Sequence record: SRR31156797_4116
Direction: 5' to 3' (one strand)
DNA: 41,455 bases
Made by a program: the position numbers and the translations under genes
Shown: positions 10,504 through 18,936 of the stretch, piece after piece
Numbering within the stretch: position 1 is the first letter of the stretch
Layout: the number at the start of each line of letters is the position of its first letter
The notes under the pieces: model-generated
Databases searched by the model: none
What the model was told of the DNA's origin: nothing
The model's input: only the letters and a program-made list of their open reading frames with translations

Positions 10504-11613
10504 CTATTCCAGCAAAAGCCCCTTTTGATTTCCCTTTTGATGGATACCTTTTGAAATCACCAACTTTTGCCCCACTTTCTCACCGGCGTTCCGAACCTTG
10601 GCATTCTGTCGCAGGGGTTTTCCCCGATATGCAGTAATATGGGGATAACGGTAGGCGGCATATTTTTTTAACAGGGGATCTTCCATCTTAATGATCCCAA
10701 AACCTGTTGCAGAAGCACGTTGTTCAGATTGGCTGTTCAGCTTTTGCTCGAAACCTTCCAGAACACCGAGGGCGAAATCGGTGCGCCGATAGCGATTCAA
10801 CCCCCTGTTTCGGTTGTATTCCCGCCATTGGAATTCAATAAAACGGTTTACAAAATCGTACACATAACCGGCTATCTGCACATTCTTTTCCGTGCCGCTG
10901 ATCTCCAAAACACGCCCCATTTTCCCCTTTTCCATGACATAGGTGCTGACCCACAGGCAATAAACATAATAGAACTCACCCAACAAATATGCCAGACGGT
11001 GCTCTTCCCTGAAACGCCGCAGCATGGGTTCTCCCAGGAATACGCTTACGAAATTCCGATCCTGCTCAAGGCGAACCAGATCGATATTGTATTTGTCCAC
11101 CAGTTCGTGGGCCTTTGCCATGGCCGCTTCCGCTTCATGCTGATTTCGACTCTGGGCCAGACTCATGAGTTTTTGGATGCGCACCATCATTTTATCTTCA
11201 TGATTTTCGGAATCCTCCAACACCTTTTCATCCAGCAGTCTGAAGTTTCCCGAAGCGGCAGGATCGGCCCGGAGGTGGTAACACGCCTCTTTAAAGCAGG
11301 GACCGTGAGGGGGTTCATTGCGCGCCCCCAGAACCTCTTGGGCAAACTGATGGGCCATCTCATGCTTGAGCACCTGGCGAACCGCATTCCAGGAATGTTC
11401 CAGCACAAGGGACCGGCTCATGACGATCTCCCGGTTTTTCCCTGACCAATATCCCCACCGGTGATTCATATCTTGAATGGCAAACAGGGGTTTTCGCATT
11501 TGATCTTCATAGGAAGAGGGCAAAACCCACAGGGCCGTATCCCATTCACAGGAAAGCCCGTGAAGGATTCGATGTTCCAGGGATTCCTGTATTTCAATTG
11601 CGTTTGATTTCAT
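10504..11613 (-). CDS. SprT-like zinc metallopeptidase domain + DUF2786-like domain protein
   Basis: HExxH (KHEMAHQ) followed by PHGPCF; RIQKLMSLAQSRNQHEAEAAMAKAHELVDKYNI typical of DUF2786. Confidence 0.8.
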   Translation of the reverse strand: MKSNAIEIQESLEHRILHGLSCEWDTALWVLPSSYEDQMRKPLFAIQDMNHRWGYWSGKNREIVMSRSLVLEHSWNAVRQVLKHEMAHQFAQEVLGARNEPPHGPCFKEACYHLRADPAASGNFRLLDEKVLEDSENHEDKMMVRIQKLMSLAQSRNQHEAEAAMAKAHELVDKYNIDLVRLEQDRNFVSVFLGEPMLRRFREEHRLAYLLGEFYYVYCLWVSTYVMEKGKMGRVLEISGTEKNVQIAGYVYDFVNRFIEFQWREYNRNRGLNRYRRTDFALGVLEGFEQKLNSQSEQRASATGFGIIKMEDPLLKKYAAYRYPHITAYRGKPLRQNAKVRNAGEKVGQKLVISKGIHQKGNQKGLLLE

Positions 11614-11636
11614 AATTGTCCAAAGGTTGCAGTTGC

Positions 11637-11707
11637 CAGGGGGCAGTTATCAGGTTGCTGAAAAATGAGCTTCGAATTTCATCCTGTACACTGACAACTG
11701 TCCCCTG
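11637..11707. repeat. Imperfect 17-bp inverted repeat in a divergent intergenic region
   Basis: CAGGGGGCAGTTATCAG (11637-11653) vs CTGACAACTGTCCCCTG (11691-11707), 15/17 complementary. Confidence 0.6.
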
Positions 11708-11871
11708 CACACTATTTACAATTGAGGGTCGGCTTTTTCAATCATATTTTTTTGGGTCTCATGTCTGCTGAAGGGTTTAGGGTTCCCTATTCCCGCCCCT
11801 TGCCATATCATTCTTATTATAATACAGTTACTTGAAATTTGCTTTTAATGCAATCCCAGCGGGAGGTGAAC

Positions 11872-12987
11872 ATGAAAGAGATCCTCAAGCCCGGCATCAA
11901 CTGGCTCACCGTTTTCATCCCCATATCCTTTTTTATCAACTACCTGCCGACTCTAAAAAACGATATTGCCCTGTTTATCTGTTCCTGCCTGGCCATGGTG
12001 GTGCTCTCCAGTCTCATCAGCACGGCTACGGAGCAACTGGCCGCCCACGTGGGAGCCCGGATCGGAGGACTCCTCAATGCCACTTTCAGTAACCTGCCCG
12101 AAATCATCTTTGGAACCGTCGCCCTCCACCACGGTTTGAGCGAACTGGTAAAAGCGGCCATGACCGGCGCCATCATCGGAAATCTCCTGTTCGTCCTGGG
12201 CCACGCCATGTTGGCCGGAGGCCTCAAAAACGGGACCCAGCGTTTTTCAGTGCCCCGGGTGAGCGACTTTTCAACGGGGCTCATCATCGCGTCCCTGGCA
12301 CTCTTTATCCCCACGGTCTATCAGGAGGTTTCAAAGGGAGCTGCCGATGCCATGACCCATGACGAAACCATGATTCTTTCCCTCTGGATTGCCATCATGC
12401 TTTTTCTCTCCTACATCGGGAGTCTTTTGTATACCCTCTTTTCAAAAGATAAACAGACCATGGAAGGGGAAGATGATGAACCCACGGAGGAGATCCCACA
12501 GGACAAGCGCTGGAGTCTAAAGAAGGCCGGCATCATTTTAGGCGTCTCCAGCTTTCTCATCGCCGTTATTTCCGATTTTGTAGCCGGTTCCGTGACGGTG
12601 GTGGAAAAAGCATTCGGATTGACCCATCTCTTCATGGGGGTTGTGATCATTGCCATTATCGGAAATGTGGCGGCCCAAACCACCGCCGTCCGGATGGCCA
12701 TGAAAGACAAGATGAATTTGTGCATCGAAGTGGCCGTCAACGCCAGTTCACAGGTGGCGCTGCTGGTTGTACCGCTTCTGGTCTTTGCCTCCTACCTATT
12801 CGGGCACCCCATCAACCTCCATTTCGGATATCACGAAATCGTTGCCGTTGCAGGGGCGGTGCTGCTCACAACCCAGATCTGCCTGGACGGCAAATCCAAC
12901 TGGCTCAACGGACTCCAGATGCTCGTACTCTACACCATTATTGCGGTGCTGTTCTACTTTGCCCCTGAAATGGGAGGGGTGAAATAG
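11872..12987 (+). CDS. cax: Ca2+/H+ exchanger (CaCA/CAX family)
   Basis: GGLLNATFSNLPE, GAIIGNLLFVLG, acidic loop EGEDDEPTEE, SSQVALLVVP, DGKSNWLNG; ATG 11872 with GGAGG SD. Confidence 0.9.
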   Translation: MKEILKPGINWLTVFIPISFFINYLPTLKNDIALFICSCLAMVVLSSLISTATEQLAAHVGARIGGLLNATFSNLPEIIFGTVALHHGLSELVKAAMTGAIIGNLLFVLGHAMLAGGLKNGTQRFSVPRVSDFSTGLIIASLALFIPTVYQEVSKGAADAMTHDETMILSLWIAIMLFLSYIGSLLYTLFSKDKQTMEGEDDEPTEEIPQDKRWSLKKAGIILGVSSFLIAVISDFVAGSVTVVEKAFGLTHLFMGVVIIAIIGNVAAQTTAVRMAMKDKMNLCIEVAVNASSQVALLVVPLLVFASYLFGHPINLHFGYHEIVAVAGAVLLTTQICLDGKSNWLNGLQMLVLYTIIAVLFYFAPEMGGVK

Positions 12988-13037
12988 GATTGCGGATTAC
13001 CAAATTGGAGAGCTGAAATAGCGTACTGGAGAGTTTC

Positions 13038-14753
13038 ATGAGAAAACACCCTGTAATTTCGAGAAACCTGTTCTTCATGTGCCTGCTTTCATTTTCAGTG
13101 GGCATTATTGCGGGCTTGGGCGCATGGGCCTTTCGAATGCTCATCGGGTTGGTTCACAATGTTCTGTTCCTGGGTAAATTTCAGTTCTATTATGATGCAA
13201 ATGTTCATACGCCCGAAAACCCATGGGGACCCGGTGTCATTCTGGTGCCGGTGATCGGAGCGTTCATGGTTGCGTGGCTGGTGAAAACCTTCGCCCCGGA
13301 AGCCAAGGGTCACGGTGTCCCGGAGGTAATGGACGCGGTCTATTACAATGATTCCAAAATCCGCCCCGTGGTCGGTCTCATCAAAGCGGTCGCATCGGCC
13401 GTCTGTATCGGCAGCGGCGGCTCGGTGGGCCGTGAAGGACCCATCATCCAGATCGGCGCCTCATTCGGATCAACCCTGGGGCAGATCCTCAAACTTCCCC
13501 CGCGGCAGATTGTAACCTTGATTGCCGCGGGCGCCGCCGGGGGCATTGCCGCCACATTTAATGCACCCCTGGGAGGGCTGGTATTCGGAATAGAACTCTT
13601 ACTGGTCAGTATCAACGCCAGAAACATTCTTCCGGTGACCATTGCCAGCGTTACCGCCACCTATATCGGCCGAGCCCTTTTAGGGGTTGAACCCTCTTTC
13701 TATTTCCCCGCCCTAACGCCGCTGGACCTTCACCTGAGTTCCGTATGGGACCTCCTTCTTTTCGTACCCTTCGGGATTATCATGGGGCTGGTTTCAACCC
13801 TTTTCGTCCGCGGCATTTACTGGGCCGAAGACCGCTTTGATGCCATGCCGGGCAACACCTACACCCGACATCTATCGGCCATGTTCGCCGTGGGCGTAAT
13901 GATCTGGCTCTTCATGGGCCACACCGGGCATTATTATGTTCAGGGTGTTGGATATGCCACCATTATGGATATTTTAAAAGCCGTCCCTCTGGATCCCCGG
14001 CTTTTAATTCTGCTCTTCTGTTGCAAATTTGTGGCCACCTGCCTCACACTCGGTTCCGGCGGTTCGGGGGGTGTTTTTTCCCCATCCCTTTTCATGGGCG
14101 CCACCATGGGTGCACTGGTCGGCCATTTCGGCGCAACTCTTTTTCCCGGCATCGGCATCGATCCCGTGGACTTTGCCATCGCCGGAATGGCGGCAGGCGT
14201 GGGCGCCTCCACCGGTGCAATCATCACCGGGGCCGTCATGATTTTGGAGATGACCCAGGATGCAAATGTGGTTATGCCCATCATGATTACCTCCGCCTTC
14301 GCCTATGGGATACGCAAATGGCTGTCGCCCGGCAGCATTTACACCCTGAAACTTCTCCGGCGGGGACATATTGTCCCTGAAGGCCTACAGGCGGCCATGA
14401 GCGAATCCTTGACGGTGCAGGACATCATGGCAAAAACATACACAACCGTTGACGCGGAAGCACCCCTTAAGCCCTCTGAAAAACCCGTGCTGGTGACATC
14501 GGGGGAAACCATCGTCGGCGTGGTTCCGCCCCATACCGGCGGAAGCAGGGCAAAATTGATCAGCAACCGTCATTATATCATGACACCGGAGAAAAACCCC
14601 ATAAACGATCTTCTGAGAGAAATGCGTAGCAGCGGCGCAAAATTCGCGCTGGTGACGGGGACTCCCGGCAACCCCATGACCCGTGAAATAATTGGCATCG
14701 TCGCGGAAGGCGAGGTTGCCGCCAGCACAATGCGGGAAGCGGAATTAAAATAA
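13038..14753 (+). CDS. ClC-family chloride channel / Cl-/H+ antiporter with degenerate CBS tail
   Basis: GHGVPE, GREGP, FNAPLGG, GGVFSPS motifs. Confidence 0.93.
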   Translation: MRKHPVISRNLFFMCLLSFSVGIIAGLGAWAFRMLIGLVHNVLFLGKFQFYYDANVHTPENPWGPGVILVPVIGAFMVAWLVKTFAPEAKGHGVPEVMDAVYYNDSKIRPVVGLIKAVASAVCIGSGGSVGREGPIIQIGASFGSTLGQILKLPPRQIVTLIAAGAAGGIAATFNAPLGGLVFGIELLLVSINARNILPVTIASVTATYIGRALLGVEPSFYFPALTPLDLHLSSVWDLLLFVPFGIIMGLVSTLFVRGIYWAEDRFDAMPGNTYTRHLSAMFAVGVMIWLFMGHTGHYYVQGVGYATIMDILKAVPLDPRLLILLFCCKFVATCLTLGSGGSGGVFSPSLFMGATMGALVGHFGATLFPGIGIDPVDFAIAGMAAGVGASTGAIITGAVMILEMTQDANVVMPIMITSAFAYGIRKWLSPGSIYTLKLLRRGHIVPEGLQAAMSESLTVQDIMAKTYTTVDAEAPLKPSEKPVLVTSGETIVGVVPPHTGGSRAKLISNRHYIMTPEKNPINDLLREMRSSGAKFALVTGTPGNPMTREIIGIVAEGEVAASTMREAELK

Positions 14754-14817
14754 AAAGAGGTACATCACCGATTTCCCCATGTAAATTCACACGAAAATGT
14801 ATGATGCCGTTTTTATC

Positions 14818-14840
14818 TTGACAATTGAATATGCATTTGT
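14818..14840 (+). promoter_or_regulatory. Candidate promoter (-35 TTGACA) overlapped by an AT-rich imperfect palindrome, possibly a metal-responsive operator
   Basis: TTGACA 14818-14823; ACAATTGAATATGCATTTGT (14821-14840) is 16/20 self-complementary; no clean -10. Confidence 0.45.
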
Positions 14841-14918
14841 TTGTTATGAAAAACGACACTGGGTTTCCGGCAAAAGATATTCTGATTTTTCCGTTCTTTT
14901 TTTGTGGGGGGTGCTGAA

Positions 14919-17303
14919 ATGTCAGGCGAAGATCCAAACAGACCGATGAAAAGCCCGGAACCCATGCAACTTGATGTTGAAGTAATACATGAAAAAGCGC
15001 CCCCGATGCCAAAGGGAATGGAACTTTCCGAGCGCACCCTTTCATGCCGGATCATGCATTCCATTCGCGGCCGGCTTCGCATTACCCTTCCCCTCTTGAA
15101 ATTCAAAAAGGACCCCATTAACTCCCTCCGGCATTACCTGTCCGCCATGAACCGGATTGAGAAAGTAGAGAGCAATTTCCGTTGCGGCAGCCTGACGATC
15201 CACTATGAATTTCCAAAGACCAATAAATCCGAAATCCTGGAAAAAATTGAAGGTTTGACCTTGAATGAGCTGGACCGGATGGCGACGGACCTGCCGGCGG
15301 TCCGGAAGGAAGAGCATGAAGTATCCCTGTCATACCTTAAAGGGGCCGCCGGTGCGGTGGGTTTAAGTCTTCTCCTGGCCGGCGTTCCGGGGCTCGCCCT
15401 GGCGGTGGTTTATCCGTTTCTGATTTTCATCTGCCTCCCCATCTACAAACGGGCCTACCGCTGCCTGCGATATGAACGCCGGCTGAATGTGGATTTCCTG
15501 GACGCCAGCGCCCTCACGGTGGGCATGTTAACCGGAGACGTCATCAATGCATCGCTCATGGTGATGCTCATCCACCTGGGCGACTATATCCGGGACCTGA
15601 CCGCCGCCAGTTCCCAACGGACCATCCGAAAGCTCCTTGACTTCCAGGATAACTACGCCTGGGTGCTCAGGGAGGGGGTGGAGGTTCAAATTCAGGTCAA
15701 GGATATTGTGGAAGGAGACGTGGTGGCCCTCAACACGGGCGACCTCATTCCCGTGGACGGTGAAGTCATTGAAGGGGAATTGATCGTCGATCAACAGGTT
15801 TTAACCGGCGAATCGCTTCCGGCGCACAAAGAAGTGGGCGACAAGGCATTCGCCTCCACCGTCATCAAAGACGGAAATGCTTACATCAGGGCCACCCGTG
15901 TGGGCGATCGTACCAAAGTGGCCCAGGTGGTCCGCCTGGTGGAGGAGGCACCCCTCTATGAAACCAAGATCCAGAACCATGCCGAAAAGTTCGCCGATCG
16001 GCTGGTGGCACCTTCACTGATCTCCACCTGCTTGATCTTCGCGGGAACCATGAACGTGGCCCAACTGGCGGCCATGCTGACGGTTGATTTCGGCACGGGC
16101 GTCCGCGTGGCGGCGCCCACTGCGGTCCTCTCCTCCATGATTACCTCCGCGTCAAACGGCATATTGATCAAAGGCGGAAGTTATCTGGAAAAACTGTGTC
16201 ATACGGACACCATCATATTTGATAAAACCGGAACGTTAACCACCGGCATCATCCACGTGGAGGACCTGGTATCATTCAACGGATATGGGAATCCGGAACT
16301 CTTGAGTTATGCCGCCACCGCCGAAATGCAGATGACCCATCCCATTGCCGAAGCGGTGGTCCGACACGCCACGAACCTGGGCATTCCCCTGAAAAATCGA
16401 AAGGGCGTCAAATATGTTGTGGGGCGGGGCGTACAGGCGGATATCGAAGGGAAACAAACCCTGGTGGGAAGCCTGAGGCTCATGCGGGAAAACGGCGTGC
16501 ATATCCATTCGTCGGTACTTGAAAGAAGGGATAGGCTGGTTGATGGGGGGAAAGCCTGTCTTTATGTGGCCATCGATAACAATTTCGGCGGCATTATCTC
16601 TTTCAGGGACCAGGTCCGGAAAGAATCCAAACAGATGATCGACCAACTTCACCGGGTCGGCGTCAAACAGGTCATCATGCTCACCGGGGATGTGGAACAG
16701 GTGGCCAGGCCGGTGTGCGACGCCCTCGGCATTGACAAATGCCATGCCGAAATGCTACCGGAACAGAAGGCGGAAGTGGTCAAAGACCTCAAGGAAAAAG
16801 GGCACACAGTCGCCTTTGTGGGTGACGGCATCAACGATTCCGTGGCCCTGTCCTATGCCGACATCGGCATTTCCGTCAAAGGCGGCGCCGATATCGCCAA
16901 GGAAACGGCGGGGGTCATTCTTTTAAACGAAAACCTGCTCAACATTCCGAAAGCCTTTGAAATCAGCAAACAGACCATCGGACTCATCAAGGAAAGCTAC
17001 TGGATTGTGGGGACTTTCAATGTGTTTGCCTATGCCCTGGCGGCGTTCGGATTGGCTTCACCGGTACTCACCACGCTGATCAGCAACGGTTCCGCAGTGG
17101 TGGCGTGCATCAATGGCATGAAACCGATAATTCGCATGAAGCTGGGCGCCGGTGGGAAAAAGCAACCGGATGTCGTATTAACGCAACAGATTGGAAAACT
17201 CAGGCTGTCCGGTGGCAAAAAGGATGATTCACCACAGAGGGTGGAAGAGATTCCGTATCACCGGGATGAAGAGGCTCATCCCGGTGAAATGGTAATTCAC
17301 TGA
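14919..17303 (+). CDS. fezB: P1B-type ATPase, FezB/P1B-6-like, with N-terminal HMA-like domain
   Basis: LTGES, DKTGT, THP, MLTGD, GDGIND; DFGTG where CPC normally lies; ISNGSA in the last TM; N-terminal HSIRGRLRI domain lacking CxxC; gene symbol rests on motifs and context. Confidence 0.8.
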   Translation: MSGEDPNRPMKSPEPMQLDVEVIHEKAPPMPKGMELSERTLSCRIMHSIRGRLRITLPLLKFKKDPINSLRHYLSAMNRIEKVESNFRCGSLTIHYEFPKTNKSEILEKIEGLTLNELDRMATDLPAVRKEEHEVSLSYLKGAAGAVGLSLLLAGVPGLALAVVYPFLIFICLPIYKRAYRCLRYERRLNVDFLDASALTVGMLTGDVINASLMVMLIHLGDYIRDLTAASSQRTIRKLLDFQDNYAWVLREGVEVQIQVKDIVEGDVVALNTGDLIPVDGEVIEGELIVDQQVLTGESLPAHKEVGDKAFASTVIKDGNAYIRATRVGDRTKVAQVVRLVEEAPLYETKIQNHAEKFADRLVAPSLISTCLIFAGTMNVAQLAAMLTVDFGTGVRVAAPTAVLSSMITSASNGILIKGGSYLEKLCHTDTIIFDKTGTLTTGIIHVEDLVSFNGYGNPELLSYAATAEMQMTHPIAEAVVRHATNLGIPLKNRKGVKYVVGRGVQADIEGKQTLVGSLRLMRENGVHIHSSVLERRDRLVDGGKACLYVAIDNNFGGIISFRDQVRKESKQMIDQLHRVGVKQVIMLTGDVEQVARPVCDALGIDKCHAEMLPEQKAEVVKDLKEKGHTVAFVGDGINDSVALSYADIGISVKGGADIAKETAGVILLNENLLNIPKAFEISKQTIGLIKESYWIVGTFNVFAYALAAFGLASPVLTTLISNGSAVVACINGMKPIIRMKLGAGGKKQPDVVLTQQIGKLRLSGGKKDDSPQRVEEIPYHRDEEAHPGEMVIH

Positions 17304-17308
17304 TATAC

Positions 17309-17317
17309 TGTTATAAT
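17309..17317 (+). promoter_or_regulatory. Extended -10 promoter element upstream of the small membrane protein genes
   Basis: Perfect TGnTATAAT (TGTTATAAT), 17 nt before ATG 17335, with SD GGAG 17325-17328 between. Confidence 0.5.
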
Positions 17318-17334
17318 GTGGGGGGGAGATCAAT

Positions 17335-17574
17335 ATGGGTGCATTTTTCTGGGGCATGGTCGGCGGCGCTATGGTTCTTCTGGCCAACAAAAGAAAGGGT
17401 CTTCAGTCGGCCGCCGCTTCGGCCGGTAAAGCCGGCCAGGGGATTGTTTCAGGATTTCGATTTTGCACGGGTGAGGTCATTGAAAACCTGAGAGATCTCG
17501 TGGCGGAAAGCAAATTGGAATTTGAAGCGGAAAAGGCTGCGCTGGATGAGGTCAGGCTGCATGATAAACAATAG
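17335..17574 (+). CDS. Small single-TM FezA-like protein 1
   Basis: N-terminal GMVGG hydrophobic helix; C-terminal DLVAESKLEFE. Confidence 0.75.
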   Translation: MGAFFWGMVGGAMVLLANKRKGLQSAAASAGKAGQGIVSGFRFCTGEVIENLRDLVAESKLEFEAEKAALDEVRLHDKQ

Positions 17575-17606
17575 AAATATTCCACTAATGTAAAAAGGAG
17601 GTCGTC

Positions 17607-17834
17607 ATGGAAGAAATTGCATTGGGTATTGTGGGTGGTATTGTGGTGGTGGCGGTGGTAACAAAAACAAAGATACTTCGGGGAGCGGCCAAGAAGGTCA
17701 TCAAAACCGGATATGCACTGTCCGGTGCGTTGGCCGCGGGCGGTGCGTCCGCCATGGACTCCGCCAAAGATCTGATGGCTGAAAGCAAAGCTGAATTTGA
17801 AGCGGCCCAGACTGCCAAGGCTGAAGTCGCCTAA
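17607..17834 (+). CDS. Small single-TM FezA-like protein 2 (DUF5132-like)
   Basis: GIVGG helix, LRGAAKKVIKTG, DLMAESKAEFE; SD AAGGAGG. Confidence 0.8.
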   Translation: MEEIALGIVGGIVVVAVVTKTKILRGAAKKVIKTGYALSGALAAGGASAMDSAKDLMAESKAEFEAAQTAKAEVA

Positions 17835-17879
17835 GTTTTATGATAAAGATACAAAAGGTTTTACAAGGAAGAATCGGAA

Positions 17880-17926
17880 CCATCCGGAAACAGGTGCTCT
17901 TAAGGCATGTTTTCGGATGGGTTTTC
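17880..17926 (+). terminator. Stem-loop / probable terminator after the two small genes
   Basis: CCATCCGGAAACA (17880-17892) pairs with TGTTTTCGGATGG (17908-17920), followed by GTTTTC. Confidence 0.6.
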
Positions 17927-18063
17927 GTTGACTTGATTCATTAACGGAACAAACTTGTTTCGTAAAGCACGCTGAAGCGCCCCGTTGTGTTTCCGGTTGC
18001 CTGTTTTCAAGCTGAGTCTATCAGGCGTGCCCAATAGCTGATAACAAAAAAAATGGGGTAAAA

Positions 18064-18618
18064 ATGGAAATAGCACATCAGCTTCCCGGGAGGGTTCGGG
18101 TCAGAATACCCGGGCTCACGTCAGAAGGCTACCGGAGAGAACTGGTTGAGAGACTGTCAAATGATGACCGCATTTCAGGCCAGCGTATCAGCTCAGCCTC
18201 TAACAGCCTTATTGTATCCTACGATCCGTTACGCATTCAAACCGAAGATCTTCTGTCCCTGCTGTCCGAGGGGAAACCTTCCAAGTCGCCCAAATCCCGA
18301 AAAAGCCCCGGTTTAAAAGCCGGAAAAACCAAGGTTGCCAAAAAGGTTTCCCCTTCCGGACCGGGCGAAAAAGCCAAGGTCAAGGCAAAAAAGGCTCCCG
18401 TTCAAAAATATTTCAAGCCTGCGGTTTCCACCGGCGTTCAGGAAAAGATCCGAAACATCATCAGTAAAGAGGATCCTCAAAAGCCCTGGAGCGACGGGAA
18501 AATTTCAGGGATGCTGAAAGCCGAAAAAATTGAAATCGCTCGCAGAACCGTGGCCAAATATCGGGAGATGATGGGCATACCGTCTTCCAACAATCGGCGA
18601 AAACAGGATGTATCTTAA
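18064..18618 (+). CDS. HMA-like domain + Lys/Pro-rich linker + sigma-54 C-terminal (RpoN-box) DNA-binding domain fusion
   Basis: N-terminal HQLPGRVRVRI...SNSLIVSYDP; C-terminal EDPQKPWSDGKI...IARRTVAKYREMMGIPSS. Confidence 0.85.
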   Translation: MEIAHQLPGRVRVRIPGLTSEGYRRELVERLSNDDRISGQRISSASNSLIVSYDPLRIQTEDLLSLLSEGKPSKSPKSRKSPGLKAGKTKVAKKVSPSGPGEKAKVKAKKAPVQKYFKPAVSTGVQEKIRNIISKEDPQKPWSDGKISGMLKAEKIEIARRTVAKYREMMGIPSSNNRRKQDVS

Positions 18619-18698
18619 ACGGCACGGATATTTTTTTTACCTGAGATGGTTCAGATAATTTGCCTGGGCTGAATAAAAAATCAAGGAGATAATTGTAA

Positions 18699-18929
18699 AT
18701 GGAATTGATTCTTTCAGGAATTATCGGAGGGGTGATTGTTCTCATGTTTATGAAATTCGCCCCGAAGAAATCGATCCTGAAACTTTTGCTGAAAATGTTT
18801 CTCGTGGTAAGGGACTATCTTTTATCCATCATCGGGGAGGGGTTGGAAAAATTTAAGGACCTCTTTGCGGAGAGCAAGGCCGAATACGAAAGGGAAAAAG
18901 AAGCGGAAAAAGAAGTTCATATGGATTAA
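18699..18929 (+). CDS. Small single-TM FezA-like protein 3
   Basis: GIIGG helix; DLFAESKAEYE; SD AAGGAG. Confidence 0.75.
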   Translation: MELILSGIIGGVIVLMFMKFAPKKSILKLLLKMFLVVRDYLLSIIGEGLEKFKDLFAESKAEYEREKEAEKEVHMD

Positions 18930-18936
18930 AGCAATC

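Noticed and set aside
12988-14753. Fluoride exporter (CLC-F) with fluoride riboswitch
   Set aside because: The motifs are GHGVP/GREGP/GVFSP rather than CLC-F type, and the 50-nt upstream gap has no riboswitch consensus.
18064-18618. A true rpoN (sigma-54) gene or a frameshifted rpoN pseudogene
   Set aside because: Only the last ~65 residues match. No activator-interacting or core-binding region is evident upstream, and the N-terminus is an in-frame HMA-like domain.
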